Part shown: positions 14,146 through 28,300 of the stretch, piece after piece
Layout of the letters: each line of letters starts with the position of its first letter
Numbering within the stretch: position 1 is the stretch's first letter
Origin: Protoeuglena noctilucae
Taxonomy: Eukaryota
Direction of reading: 5' to 3'
Assembly: GCA_958009085.1 (NCBI GenBank)
Contig: OY253675.1
Location: 620,001-684,000 of the forward strand
DNA: 64,000 bases
Made by a program: the position numbers and the translations under genes
The notes under the pieces: model-generated
What the model saw: the letters and a program-made list of their open reading frames with translations, nothing else
The model's database searches: none
Told to the model about the DNA's origin: nothing

Positions 14146-16571
14146 ATGGCGCGTCCGGGCTTTCCCAACGGCCCTTTCTCATCGCCGCACCCGGCCGGCG
14201 GCCCCCCCGGACCCGCCTATCCGCAAATGAACGGCCCACCTGCGCCGTACGCGCAGCAGCCGTTCGCCGGGCAGCCGTTCGCTGGCCCGCAAGCGGGGGC
14301 GTGGGCGGGGCAACCTGGGGCTGGTGGCAGCATGGGTGCAGCGCCGGGACCGGCCCTCGCGCCGCATTCCATGCCCGGACATGCCCCGGCGCCTCGGCCC
14401 GTGATGCTGGGCCCGGCGACGGGAATGCAGGGGCCGCCTGGCATGGGGATGGGTCAGCCACAGCCGATGGGGATGATGGGGCCTGGGGGCAACCACCCAG
14501 GGCAAATGGGAATGGTGAACAATGGCATGGGTGGTGGGGGCATGGGTGGCGGGGGCATGGGTGGTGGGGGCATGGGTGGCATGGGTGGTGGTGGGGGGAT
14601 GGGTGGGGGAGCAATAGGGGGTGCGGGTGGGGGTGGGGGTATGGTGAACGGCGGGATGAGTGGTGGGAACTTCGTTGGGATGGGTCCGATGGGGATGATG
14701 CAGCCGGGGATGGGCCCTGGTAACAGGGGCGCACCGCCTGCTATGATGGGCGGCGTTGGGATGGGGGGCGGGGGGTGGTGGGGCGGCATGGGGGGCATGC
14801 CAATGGGGGGTGGGGTGCAGAGGCCCTGGATGGGGGGTGGGCCTGGTATGGGTGGCATGGGTGGCATGCGTGGGGGCGGCATGCCGGGCCAAGGGGGGCA
14901 GGGCGGTGCGGGTGAGGGGTAGCGGAGGGGAGGGGCGTCGGTGTTGGTTGTGCATACTGTCAGTCGACGTTAGCTTATCATCCATGGCAATTGTTTTGAC
15001 TGTCAGTCGACCTCATCCACGTGATTGTCGTGAACCGGACCCTCACACCCACCACACCACCCACTCAACCCACTCAACCCATGTACTCACCCACTCACCC
15101 CACTCACCCACCTCCCCTCCCCCCCAGGCCAGAAGCGCCGCCGCGGCGACGACGGCGGCGCCCGTGGCTCCCGTGGCAAGCGCGACCGGCCGGGTGGCCA
15201 AGCGGGGACGTCGCTGTCGGACTTCTACAGCCAGTCGACGCCTGCGGTGGCGGAGGGGAAGGGGGAGGCGGAGAGAGAAGAGGCGCGGCGGTGGAGGGAG
15301 GAGCGGAGGCGGAACTTCCCGGGGTCGAAGGCGAGTGGTTGGGGATTACGATGATATGTGTATATGAGAACAGTTAGTGATGAGTTACAGCAGTGGTGGG
15401 TGAGGGGAGAGCAGTGGGGGCGGAAATTCCCGGGGTCTAAGGCGAGTGGATTGGATGATATGTGTGGGTGAGAACAATCAGTGGTGTCAGTGGTGAGCGA
15501 GAGCAGCCAGTTATGATAGCATAGGTGGTGGTCATCACTGCGATGGCGACTGTGCATCGGTCGCGGCTGCGATGGTTAGCAATGGTGGCAAATGTCATGA
15601 TTGTCATCGTGCGATCATCAGCACTAATCACCACTGCGTCTAACGTGATAATTGCCACTCTGCGATCATCACCACCATCACCACTATCACCATTATCACC
15701 ACTACCACCATGATCTCCACTATAGCCACTAATCACCACTGCATCTCTTTCTCCCCCAGGACCGTGAGGGCGCGGATGCTGCTGAGGAGCGCCGCCGTCG
15801 CCTGCGGGAGGTCGTGGAGATGCAGCGGCGAATGGGCATCGACAGAGAGGCGGGGACGACTGACCTGGCCATCACACTGGATGGGAGGGGTGGTGGTGGT
15901 GGTGGCGGTGGGGGTGGTGGAGATGGGGTGGATGGGCGTGAGGGTGTGAGGGGCAAGGGCCCCGATGCGGACTGGATGGGGCGGAGGGTGCCCAGGGACG
16001 CAACGCTGGTGAGGGGGTGGGGGTGGGGGACAGAATGTGGGAGGGAGAGTGTGCGTGCAACGCTGGTGAAAGTGCTTTGTGTTACTAACACTGTGTTACT
16101 GTTTCGCCATTAAGATAAACGTTCACATTACTACTCCCTCTCTCCCCTTCCATGCAGCTAGAGAAGCTGCTATCCAAGGAGATGCGCGTGGACATGTCTC
16201 GCCTCATCCAGCTGTGCCGGTTCGCGGTCAACAACAACTTCTTCCAATCGGGCAACCCTGGGTGGTTCCCCAGAGATCCCCCCGCTACCAAACACGAGCT
16301 CAGGAGGGCGAGGGTGGCGGAGGCAGAGGCGGCAGCTGCAGCGGCAGAGGCGGCGGTGGGGGTGGGGGGTGACGGTGAGGGTGATGGGGATTGGGAGGGT
16401 GATGAGGGGGATGGGGAGGGGTTGCGGGTTGATAAGGAGCGTGGCGGGGGGCTGGGGAATGCGGGGGATGGGGAGGGGTGGGTGGGGGGAGCGGGGGGTG
16501 AGGGCGGGGAGAGTGGGGAGAGTGAGGGGGGCGGGGAGGGTAGCGACGGGGGGGAGAGTGGTGGGGAGTAG
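14146..16571 (+). CDS. NUFIP1: NUFIP1/Rsa1-like box C/D snoRNP assembly factor with a Gly/Met/Pro-rich N-terminus
   Basis: EEARRWREERRRNFPGSK (~15275-15330) is the NUFIP1/Rsa1 PEP-type motif; TL|LEKLLSKEMRVDMSRLIQLCRFAVNNNFF (16158-16245) is the conserved C-terminal motif. Confidence 0.8.
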
Positions 16572-17145
16572 TGGTGCGGGGGCGAGGCTGTTTGTGTTAC
16601 ATGCACCAGCCCATGACGGTTTGTTGAGTAAACTTGTCACTAGCGAGGGGATCGCTGCTAGTAGGAGCGTTGTTAGTGGCAGGGGAGTTGCGACTTGTGT
16701 AGTGTCGTGCTATGGATTTGTGCATGACTAATCGTGCATTGTGAAGGGAGAGCACGTGATGTGACCGACTGCAGCTGCTTGCCGCTCATTCCATCACTAT
16801 TACATTCACTATTCACAACGGTCGTGTCGTTTCAAACGACATCATTCTGACAGTTTCGCGACGCAGCAGCCGCCACGCCTGCAACACCACGCCCCGCCAC
16901 CCCAAGCAGGCAGCAGGGCTGGCGACAGTAAGGGTGACAGCAATGTGGTGGGTAACTATGATATTGGACAGGAACCATGGCAAAAGCAGCGAGAGTTGAC
17001 GGTGGTGGATCGACCTTACCACCCGCCTAGCCACCCTGCACCCCGCACCCCTAACAGGGCGCCCACTCCCGCCCCCAACAACCACAGTCGGCGCCTGCCG
17101 TTGGCTTAGCCCTCCATCAACCCCAGTGATCCCCGCTCATAATCC

Positions 17146-20100
17146 TCAGTCGGCCTCGGCCATCGCCACTTCTCCGTCTGCCGCTGCCTGGTCCCCGCCA
17201 TCCCCCGCCTGCCCGCCCTCGCCATCCCCCGCACCCTCACCCCCATCTGCACCCTCGCCCACTCCGTCACCCGCACCCTCATTGCCATCCGCACCCTCAC
17301 CCACACCCTCCGCCTGCGAAGCAGGATTACAGTTATTGATTGAGCTTTAATCATAAGTCACGTTTACAGGTACAGACACGACTGATACACTGAATAACAC
17401 AGGCTTATCGCCAACAGCCCAGCTTATACAGCCCCCACCCCCCCCACCCCCCCACTCCTCACCCCCTCCCTCGCCTCCCTCTCTCTCCTCTCCTGCTCCT
17501 CCTCCCTGCTCCGGAACTCGCTCCACAGATGCTCCGCCTCTGGCTGGCCGCGGTTATCGGCACCGCCACCCCCGCCCTCGTTTGAACCACCCTCGTCCGC
17601 ACCGTCCTGAGGTGATGGGTGTGAGAGAGAGAGACAGTGAGAGAACTATGGCGATGATGACATGATCATCGATATGGTATCCCAATCGAAGCAAGTTTAC
17701 TCGGTTAAGAGCTTGAATCGAATCCATCCCACCCCTCACTCGCGCCATTGCCACTCCTCCCCGACCCTTCCCATCCCATCTCACACCCCCCCCACGCTCC
17801 ACGCCAACACCACCACCCTAACCCATCTCACCCGTTTTAAACCATCACCACCCACCCATCTCACATTACCTCCCCCCCCACAACCGCCTCACCTGCGCCA
17901 TGGCCGCCCACGCCCCCGGGTTCTGCACCGTGACTTCCTTCCTCTGAGGAGTGTGCTTGAGGATGTGAAGCGGCACCCCCGCAGCACGTTCCACCTTGCT
18001 GGCGGCCATGTGACGGTCCCCAGCCCTCACGCCCTCCTCCGCCCCTCCCACACCGGCCCCCGCCCCACCCTCCACCTCAACCTCCCCACCCCCCTCCGCG
18101 CCCTCGCCCTCTCCCTCTCCCTCGCCCTCTCCCTCTCCCTCGCCCTCCCCGCTGCTGCTGCTGCTGCCCTGGGGGGCCTGCAAATGCAAACACACGCGTG
18201 CATGCGTTGCAGCATCACAGATGATGCACAGGGCAACACGACACCCCATGCAATCGGGAATCAATCAAGTCATGGTAACAACAAACACCCCAACCCACTC
18301 ACAAGTCTCACACCCACAGCGACCGCCCGGTACGATCGCCACTCGCCACCCCTCATCATTCCCCATCCCAATCCCGCTCACCTTGGGAGCCTCGTCGTCG
18401 CTTCGATTCTCGCCGACGCCGCCCTCGCCCTCCCCGCCCTCCCTTTCCGCCCCCCTCTCACCCTCCCCATCCCCATCGCCATCGCCGTCACCCACCCCCG
18501 CCCCCGCACCCTCCCCCACCACCTCTCCCTCCCCCTTCATCCCCTCAGCTTCCCCCACACCCTCTCCCTCCCCCATCGCCACATCTCCCTCTTTCTCACC
18601 CTCACCCTCTCCCTCACCCACACGCGCACCCTCCCCACCTCCCTCAGCCTCCCCCACTCCCTCTCCCTCGCCCATCGCCACATCCCCCTCTTTCTCTCCC
18701 CCCCCATCCCCGCCCACCACCCCCACCGCCCCATCTCCCTGCTTCTCACCCTCCCCCACACCCGCACCCGCACTAACCCCCGCACCCACCCCCTCACCCC
18801 CCACGCTCCCCGCCCCCGCCTTCACACCCCCCTTCCCCTCTTTCCGCTCCCTCAGCCCCCTCAGCAAATCCTGCAGCGCCCGCACCGTGCGTGCGTCCAT
18901 CGTCGCGACATCCACCACCACGTCATCCCCAGGTACGTTGGGCGCCGCCAGTAGCATGGGGTGCGACGCCGCGACCGCCTCCAGCACCGCCGTGAGGGCG
19001 TCGCCGGGGATCGATCCCAGATCCAGGGACAGGCGACGGCGTTCTTCGAAAGTGGGCTCGGCGGGGCGCTTGGGGTCGCGGGACGCCAGTGGATCGTCGG
19101 GGAGCTTGCCCGCCTCCACGTGGGTGCGGAGGTCCTTCGACGCATCGGACATGTCGGCTGGGGTGAGTGGGGAAGTGGGTGGGAGTGGGTGAGGGTGGTG
19201 ACAGTGAGTGAGAGTGAGTGAGAGTGAGCCAGGGTGACAGTGGGTGAGGGGGTGAGAGTGGTGAGTGCACACCACTTCGCAACCGCAGCTGCATCTCTAC
19301 TACCCACTGCTCAACAACATCACTGCCACTACCCCACCGCCACCACCACCACTACTACCACCACCATTACCACTCTACCAAGTCACTACCACCACCGCTA
19401 CCTCCCACCCCACCCCTCACCCGCCAGCCTCTCCATTGCCGCCCCCTCCTCCCCCGGCCTGGCCTCCACCCCGTGCCCCTGCTGCCGCCGCACTTGCGCC
19501 TGCAGCTCGGCCACCTTCACCTCCATGCGGCTCTGCGCCCACTTGCGCTCCCAGGCCTCGCTCATCAGCTCGCCCGCGAACCGCACGTCCGTGCCCGTGG
19601 GGTTGTACAACCGGCAGTTGTGGAACATGAGGCGCATGTCGTCGCGGACCTGGGGGGGGGGGGGGGAGAGAGAGGGAGTGGTGGTGGCGGTGATGGGGAG
19701 GGGGAATGAGGATGGTATGATGAACGAGGATGGCGTCTCTATCCCGTTAGATAACACGTCACAGCGCCTGCACTCATCCCATACCGACTTGACCCACCCC
19801 ACCCCACACCGCCACCCCATCTCACCTGCAGCGGGTTGGTGTACTCGCGCCTGTTGTACCCCGTGATGGGGTCCTTGCGCGCCTTGAGCCGCTTCTCAAT
19901 CGTAGACAAATCCATGGGCTCCTGCACGATCTCGAAGTAGTCGGGGATGCCCAGCTTGATGGGGTCCACGGGCTGGGCGAAGATCTGGGGTTGAAAGGTA
20001 AAGAGAGGGAGGTGAGGGGTGAGGCAAGTCAAGCTTGATGGGGTCCACGGGCTGGGCGAAGATCTGGGGTGGGAGAGGTGGGGAGGGGCGAGGTGAGGGG

Positions 20101-20909
20101 TCAGACCGTATGATTCAGCTGGCCCCCTTGGCTCACGCTTCCACCTCGCCCACCCCCCTCCACCTCAACCCCCCCCCCCCCCCCCAACTTCCACTCCCAC
20201 TCCCAACCCACTCCACCCCACCTGTCACCCACCCCGCACTCACCGCACCCACCCCCATCTCAACCCACCCCACTCCCACCCCACCTCACCCACTCCCCCA
20301 ATCCCCCTCACCTGTGCCCCCGAGTTCTTCTTCAGCACCCTCACGATCTTGTTGCACTCCGTGAAGAGCGGCTCCAGCTGCGCCCAGATGTGAGACCCCG
20401 AGGACTGCAGGTCCATCTGCTGGCTTGGAGGAGGCGGGTCGCGCTTCCGGAGGTCGCGGCCCGGGGGGGCCGACATCACCGCCGAGGGGGCGGGGGGGGC
20501 GCGGCCTGCAGGAGTGACGGCGTCCTTTGCCTGTGGGGGAGAGGGGGGTGGGGCAGTGGGGGTGGGAGTGGAGATGTAGTGGGCGTGGCGGTACATGCGG
20601 CAGCGCTGGTGAAGGTTGCGTGGGGCAGCGCGGACGGCAGTGCGCGTAGCAGTGAGGTCGGGATGCAAGGCACGAGGGTGCTTGCTCCCCCATCTCTGTG
20701 AGAGAGACACACCGCTCGGGAGCTCACCTGGGCCGCGGCCGCCGCGAGGCGCGCCTCCGCCTCCGCCAGCTCGCGAATCTTCCTCTCCACCGCATCCTTC
20801 TGCGACAGGACCTTGCGCAGCTCCTGTGGGGCGAGAGGGGAGAGGCTTGGTGGGGCTCGGGTTGGTGACCAAGCAGTCCGAGTTCGAAAGCAGCGGGCCG
20901 CCGTGACAT
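17146..20909 (-). CDS. BET/GTE-family protein (one bromodomain plus ET domain)
   Basis: [33 protein letters not shown]...[22 protein letters not shown] is a bromodomain; [28 protein letters not shown]...[15 protein letters not shown] is an ET domain. TGA at 17146-17148. The first exon is not resolved. Confidence 0.88.
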
Positions 20910-21778
20910 GCCGCCGGGCTGCGCTCCCGTGCGCTCAGCCACCGCCCAACGACAGTTACAAACTCCAGCTGCGCATCGGGAGGGGCGCCGGCGCCGGGGA
21001 GCGCTGCCGGCGGGCAGGGCGGGGGAAAGCGACCGCGCAGGGGCTCGAGCCTCCCCCGGGGCGCGATGGCTCGCGATGCTGGCGGCGCAAGCCGGCAGCA
21101 GATACTCTAGCCCACAAAATCCCCGTTGCAACCCCGTCTCGGGCGCGGGGCGCGCCGGACGCGGACAAAATGGCCGGAAGGCGGCCCAGGGCTCCCGCTA
21201 CCCGTCGGGGCCCCGCGCCCGCCCCGCACGCGGCGAGGCCGCCCATCTCGAGACCGGCGACTGGGAAAACACGCGCGCGCCCCCCCACGGTCCCTGACGC
21301 AGCTGCGCGGGGCCCGGAAGCGACGAGCGGGATCGGCCCGCTCCGGCGCGCCCGGGCAACGCCGCGGGCTCCCGGCGGTCGAGGAAACGGATACGGAACG
21401 AGAGAGCCCAGAATTTCGAGACCGGGGCCCATGGCGAGGACGCGGGCGCGGTTGTGAGGACCCGACCGCAGCCTGACCTGCGCGAGCTCCGCCCGGCGCT
21501 GCCGGCGGCCCTCCTTGGTGTTAATGGCTCCTTGCACCATTGCGCTGCGCCCCCGTGGCTCCCGAGGGGGTCCTCGCGCCGGCGAGAGGGAGCGCCGAGC
21601 CTGAGGGCCAGGGAGCCGGCCTCCCGGGTACCGAACCCGCACCGGACACTGGCAGATGGGCCGCCAGAACCTCGCGGCAGCCTCACTCGCGGCCAGCACG
21701 CGAGCGCCGCGGGCCACGTCGGCTGGAGTGCGGAACGCGGCCCTGGCACCTTGGCGCGTCGTCCGTGTCCCCTCGAGC

Positions 21779-23358
21779 ATGCCCAAGCTGCCCATCGGCG
21801 AGCTCGGCCTGCCATCACGGGTGGCGTCGGGACTCAAGGCCTCGTGTCCGACAGGCGAGGGCCCGCTCGCTGCCCGCCCGCCGCTTTGTCGCCTGCTGGA
21901 GGCAAAGCACGCCCAGCGCGCTTGCCCACCCCCGCAGCCGAGGAATTCCTGACGTCCTGGGCGGCCTCCTCGGCACCTTCGGGCGACGGCGAGGACCCCC
22001 GGGCCTCCAAGTTCGGCCCGGACGCCGCCTCGGCCGTCCTGCGCCACATCGCAGAGCACGTCGCGCCCCCGGTCTGCAGAGGGTCCGACCTCCTGCAGGT
22101 GATGCCTCGGCTGATGCCAGCGGCGACTCCGCAGCGCGTCGCTCCGTGCCGTGGCGGTCGCGAGAAGGTTGTTCATCACACGAGTCTTGTTTCATCACAC
22201 GACGCGTGGGCTCGTGGCTTGCAGCGGCTGAAAGACCCTGATGGGTGCTTGCCCACGGGAGAGGCTGCCCTGGGGGAGCTCCTGGGCGGGGGCTACCGGC
22301 GCGGGCAAGTGACGGAGATCGCGGGACCGTCGGGGATCGGCAAGACGCAGCTGTGCCTGTATGCGGCTGTGGCAGCAGTGGTGGCGGGCAAGCGGGTGGC
22401 AGTGGTGGACACGGTTGGGCAGGTTTCTGCGCGGCGACTGGACGAGTTGATGCTGGAGAGGGGTCTGGAAGATTCTGGGGAGGAGGCCAGGTGCGAGAAG
22501 GCGGGCTGTGTACGCGAGGTGAGAGGTGCACTGCCACATGCTGCGTTTGACGTAGCAGCCTCCGCCCTTCGCAGACGCGATGCGTTGAGTCGCATAGAGA
22601 TCCAGTCTGCCCCGGACCTCTTTGCTCTCTGGGAGTCGCTGCAGCGCGTGGCAGACGCCCCTCCCTCGCATCGCCCCGACCTCGTCATCGTCGACACCCC
22701 GTCGTCCCTGCTCGCTCCCTGCCTGGGTGAGAGTCTCTTGCTATTTTAGCAACCAGCCCCGCATCTCACAGGCAGCTGTACAGGCTTACTATCAAGCAAA
22801 AGTCGAGTCATGATGCGATGCATGACGTGTGTCGTGCATGTGAACGTGCATGTCCCGACGCATTGCAGGGGGCCCAGCGCACGTCCAAGGCCGCGCCGCC
22901 GTCGAGCGCGTGGGGAAGTTTCTGCTGCACTTGGCTGATTACTCGGGAGCGGCGGTGTTGGTCACCAACCACGTCCTTGGATCCAACGCCGCCTGGGGCT
23001 CCCGCCAAGGTGTGCTGGGGCATACATGGGAGGGTCATGCAGCAGGCCGTGTATGTAGTTTTGAAACTCGCACACCCGGACATGGCGGGTGTTGCACCAA
23101 CACCCTCACTATGCCTGCGCCCTTCCCGCAGGCACGGACCGCGAGCAGGGTGGAGCTGGGGGTGCGGGCGCTGAGGAGAGCGCTCGCGAACGGCCGGCGC
23201 TGGGAGAGACGTGGCGGCGGCAGGTCCACGTGCGGGTGCTGGTTCGGGAGGCGAGGCCGGGAGAGGGTGCCGATACGGCGGACCCGACGGTGCGGGTGGC
23301 CGAGGTCCTGCAAGCCCCGAACGTCCCAGTGGGGTCGGCGTTGTCGTTCCACTTGTAG
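21779..23358 (+). CDS. RAD51 paralog, most like RAD51D
   Basis: LPTGEAALGELLGGGYRRGQVTEIAGPSGIGKTQLCL (Walker A), VAVVDT, DLVIVDTPSSLLAP (Walker B), AVLVTNH and ERPALGETW. The paralog assignment is inference. Confidence 0.85.
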
Positions 23359-23794
23359 ACCGGCGCCCAGGGGTCGGTCATCGGCGCGCAGGACTGCTCT
23401 GGCATCTGCTTGGCTCTGGATGAGTGTGCTGCACGGCATCTCGTAAGGATGCCGCCAATGGAAGAAGCCTGCCCCGGCCTCTCCACCTGCGAGTTTGGCA
23501 ACTGACGGCGCTGTCTTCACACGAGAGGTGAGAACGGCTTGCACAGGGTCGAGCTTTCACGCGCGCCTGCTCGCCCTGAGCTTGGAACGCCGATGCCGCG
23601 CCATCCACGAATGTTTTCGCTTGCGAATTGCTCGATCATGGCCCGGGTAGCCTGCAATACGTTCTCTCGACGCCGTGCCGCGTGTCGAATGTAGTCGAGC
23701 TTCCAGAGGCGATGGCGAAGTCGCGGGCGCGTGTCTGCGGCTCACGCTCTCATATGTGCTGTATTGCCTCTCCATCAACGCAGAGGGACCAACC

Positions 23795-25004
23795 ATGACG
23801 ATCAAGCTGACTTACTTCGGCGGGAAGGGCCGGTGAGCGTCCCAGGCCTGCTGGCTGGCGTTGCGCGGCGGCTCGCGCGCCTCGGGGGGAGATGGCCGCT
23901 GCTCTTGCCACTTTGTACCTTTAATGATCGCACAAGGCTCGCGTTTGCGCCTGAGCAAAGCATGCGGTGTCGTTTGGCCAAGATGCTTCCGGCGTGTGCG
24001 CAGTGGTCCTGTCCTTAGGTGAACCGCGCCTGCGCCGCCGTGCCTGCGCAGTGCCGAGCCGTGCCGCCTCGCTTTCCACATCGGCGGCGTCGCCTTCGAG
24101 GATGAGCGCATCAACTTCGAGCAGTTCATGGCCCTCAAGCCCAAGCTGCCGTTCGGCACGGTTCCCGCCGTCACGGTCGACAACGTGCAGTCCGCGCAGT
24201 CCGCGGCCATCCTCCGCTACGCCGGCAAGCTCGGCGGCCTGTACCCGGCCGACCCCGTGCAGGCCCTGCAGGTGCCGCACGCTCGTTCGTTGTGCACGGG
24301 ACCGTACACGTTGCCAGTGGCGGCTGTGAGCTTGCACCAGCGCGACACGGGCTCCGATTCACGTGTCTGTATCCAGCACCCCTGTCGCGATGGTGGAAGC
24401 TCAGCGTCAACGGCAACGTGCGTCGGGACCAAAGGTAGCGGAGCAGTGCATGACGTCGATCCACCTCGTGCCATCGTCCCCCCGCAGGTCGACTGTTTCC
24501 TCGATGGCCTGACGGAGCTCCTCAACGCCATCTCCAAGTCGTACGGCATGCAGGACCCGGAGGTCCGCAAGGCTGCCCGCCAGGACATCTCGGGTAAGCG
24601 TCTCACACAATAATAACAGTACTAGCTTATCTCACTGCTAGCTGCGAGCCGCAGCAGCTGCGCACATGCATGCTCGGCGCGACGTGTGCGGCGATGTCCT
24701 TGTGACGCGGACTGACGCGTCATGGCTCGCGTGACCGTCGCCTGCCCCTTGCCCGCACGCAGCCGGCCTGATGGTCAACACCATCACGTACCTGGAGCGC
24801 CTCATCCAGGGTGACTACGTCATGGGCAGCACGATGACGATCGCCGACCTCGCCGTCTACTCTGCCGAGGACCTCATCGTCGCCACGGATGACCTCGACG
24901 ACTCGCAGCTCAACAAGTTCCCCAAGTTCCGCGCCGTGGCTGAGCGCGTGCGCAACCACCCCAAGGTCAAGGAGTGGAACGAGCGCCACGCTACCTCGGG
25001 CTAA
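23795..25004 (+). CDS. Glutathione S-transferase, sigma-like
   Basis: MTIKLTYFGGKGR|AEPCRLAFHIGGVAFEDERI...LPFGTVPAVTVDNVQSAQSAAILRYAGKLGGLYP...YVMGSTMTIADLAVY...FPKFRAVAERVRNHPKVKEW; ends in TAA. Confidence 0.93.
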
Positions 25005-25320
25005 GCTCTCAGCGATCGCTGCAGCACGATGGCGGCGCTCGGGTCATAACCGCCCTCGACGCGCCAGTCATCTGCCGTATTTCCGGACACTAGGGTGCCT
25101 TTCCATGACAGGAACCTCTCCTCTTTGAATTCAGCCATTCCTCGGTGTGAGTTATTGAGTGAGCTAGCGCACTCGCATCGCACATGGGCAGGCCGGCTGT
25201 GCTGGGCCCTGCGGATGCGGCCTGGCCGCGCGAGTAGTTCACGAGAACAGAGTATTCGCGCCTAGTTGCGTTTCTCGCGTCCTCGTCCGCCATCGGCGGC
25301 GCGCGCCCCGGGGAGCGAGG

Positions 25321-28300
25321 ATGGCAGGGGTCACGGAGGAGATGCTGCTGTACGGGCTGCCCCGGGACCCGGACATGTACAAAATGGTCGGCATTCTCGG
25401 CAAGGGATCCTACGGAACGGTGTTCAAGGGCCAGGTCCTGTGGCCGGGCGGAGTGCGGCCCCCCGGGGCCCCGGTGTACGTGGCAGTCAAGGTGGGCGCG
25501 CGCACATCGAGCAGCGCGTCGGGATGCCCGATTTGGCGGGGAGTGTTTCCACTACTCAAATTCGATGCCCAGGTGGTCCCGGCCGTGAAGGCCAGCGAGG
25601 AGAACATGCGCGAGATCAATCGGGAGATTGAGGTCCTTCGTGGTTGCCAGCACCGCAACATCGTGCAGTACTTCGGGTCCTTCCCCGCACGTCAGAGGTG
25701 ATTTGACGCGGATGCCGCATCCCAGCCCCCGCCAGGCGCTCGCGCGTCGCGCCTCGGTCGCTGCATCCACCCTTCGCTCCCCCGCGCGCAGCCTCTGGAT
25801 TTTGATGGAGCTCTGCGAGGGCGGAAGCGTCGCGGACCTCATTCACATCAGCCAGGCGCCGCTGAGCGAGGCGCAGATCCGCTACATCACGCGGGAGTCC
25901 TTCACGGGCATCAGCTACCTCCATTCCCTGGGCCGGCTGCACCGGGACCTCAAATGCGGCAACATTCTGCTCACGTCGGACGGGGAGGTGAAACTCGCCG
26001 ACTTTGGCGTGGCCACGCAGATGAGCGGGACCTTCGGGGGCCAACAGACCTTCATCGGCACGCCGCACTGGATGGCGCCCGAAATCATTAAGCACAACCG
26101 GTGAGCAAGACAGTGGAGCGTTGGTAGCTGCATTCTGACTGACCAGGTGCCCGCGGCGGCACCGGCAGCACCCTGTAACCCACCCACCGCAGCCGAGCTT
26201 CGTGCGACGCTCGGGTCAGGCAGCGACTGTTCAATGGTTATTCTCTTGTCGATTTATTGCAGGTACGACTACAAGGTGGACGTCTGGGGACTCGGCATCT
26301 GCGTGATTGAGATGGCGGAGATGCAGCCGCCACTGTGGCAGGTCATGCCCATGACGGCCATCCTGCAGATCGTCACCAACGACCCCCCGAGGCTAGAGGC
26401 GAGATCATTAAGGCGGATCGCATGTCATGGATTGAGATGCAAAATGGGTGTCAGTGAGAGCATGGTCCATGACTGTCCGGTCGTTGCACGCATTGCCACC
26501 CCCACTGCCACCCTCACTGCCACCCTCACTGCCACCCTCGCTGCCACCCTCACTTCCCCCCAGGACGAGCGCGCCTGGTCGCGTCTGATGCAGAACTTCG
26601 TGGAGCAATGCTTGACCAAGGAGCCCGACGCGCGCCCCACGGCGGCCAAGATGCTCAACCACAAGTGGCTGCTGGCGACGGGTGAGTATAGATAATGGTC
26701 ATCAGTCACATGCAGCTGCTGGTGACGGGTGTGCGGTGCATGGCGCACACAAGCACTGTAAAGATAAGCAGCCCACCACCTCACCTCAACACCCCCCCGC
26801 ACCCACCCTTCCCTCTCGCCCCACCCCAGACACGGCAGGGCTTGAGGCAGCGCGCACGTCCCTGCGCCCCCTCATGGCTCGCACGGCGCGCATGCTGGAG
26901 GCACAGAGCAAGGACATGCCGCTGGTGGCGCCGGGGCAGACCGACGCGGACGGGAGGGGCGTGATGGGTGGCACGGGTGAGTGGGTGTGAATGGGTACGA
27001 CAGGGGAGCGACCGTCGTACCTGCAATGCTTGACTTGACTATATCCATCGTGAATTGTGCACGATCCATACACAAGCATCATCATGCTCGTTTCTTACAC
27101 GCAGTGGTGCATGCCGAGGATTTGGATGAGGACGACGATGACGATGACAACTACGGTGGGGGCGGTGGTTATGGAACCGTGTTGCAGGGGACCGTGGTGC
27201 ATGGCACTGTGGTCAGGAGAGCCGGCGTGTCAGAGAGAGAGGGGCGGGGCACTGCGCTGCGGAGGGGAGGGGTGTCGGGGCAAGAGGGGCGGGGGACCGT
27301 GCTCCAGCATACCGTGCTGCAGCATGGGGGCCCGGAGGCGTCCCCGTCGGGCACGGTGGTGCAGCACGATAACGGCGGGGGTGCTTCGGGGACGGTGGTT
27401 GCGGGAGGGACGGTGGTTGCGGGGGGTACGGTGGTGGGGGGTGGTACGATTGTGGCGGGTGGTACGGTGGTGAGTAGTATTATTATGCAAGGATTGCATT
27501 TGGAGTCCTTGATCAATTCTTTGTGTTACTTCATCGAATGCATTCCGTTCATCCATTTCATCCCGTGCAGGAGGGCCCGTCCGGGGATGCTGGGGTGGAT
27601 GGGTCGCATTACCTGGCTGCGTTGGGGAGGGACGCAGACAGGTGCGCGTTGGGTGCTATGTATAAGCTTATAAGCATGGTGGACGATGACCTGCTTGCAT
27701 GGTGGAAGTCGGATATCTTGTTATGGTGTGCTATATGTGTGTTTGGCATGATTGCCAGTGCTCAATCAACAACGCACCAAGTGCCGCCCATCGCTCGCTC
27801 GCAGGGCCGGGCGCGGCGGGGACGGCGGTGGCGGTGGGGACTACCAAGCGGCACTGCGGATGGCGATGGGGGAGACAACGAGGGGGCGCAACCGGGGGAC
27901 CATGTCAGTCGTGGCACAGGCGAGGGTGATGGGTGTGGGGTGGGAATGTCTGCGGCAGCACAGGCGAGGGTGATGGGTGGGGTGGGGAGGCTTTGTTGTA
28001 GAGAGACTGTGGTGGCAAAGGCGAGGGTGATGGGTGCGGGGTGGGAGTAGAGTGGGAGTGTCTGTGGCGGAGTGTCTGGTGGCGAATGGATGATGGCCGT
28101 CACGGCTGATGGCTGTCGCGCCCCCACCCCCACTCTCACCCCCACCCACACCCTCACCGTCACCGTCACCCTCACCCCCACCCCCACTGCCACCCTCACT
28201 GCCACCCTCACTGCCACCCCCACCGCCACCCCCACCGCCCCAGAAGCGCAAGGAGGCCCTGTCCCGCGCCCAGCGTCAGAGGGAGCGCATGGCGAGGCTG

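Noticed and set aside
17662..19192. Long Pro/Ser/His-rich plus-strand ORFs resembling extensins or pherophorins
   Set aside because: They are antisense shadows of Gly/Glu-rich exons and introns of the minus-strand BET gene.
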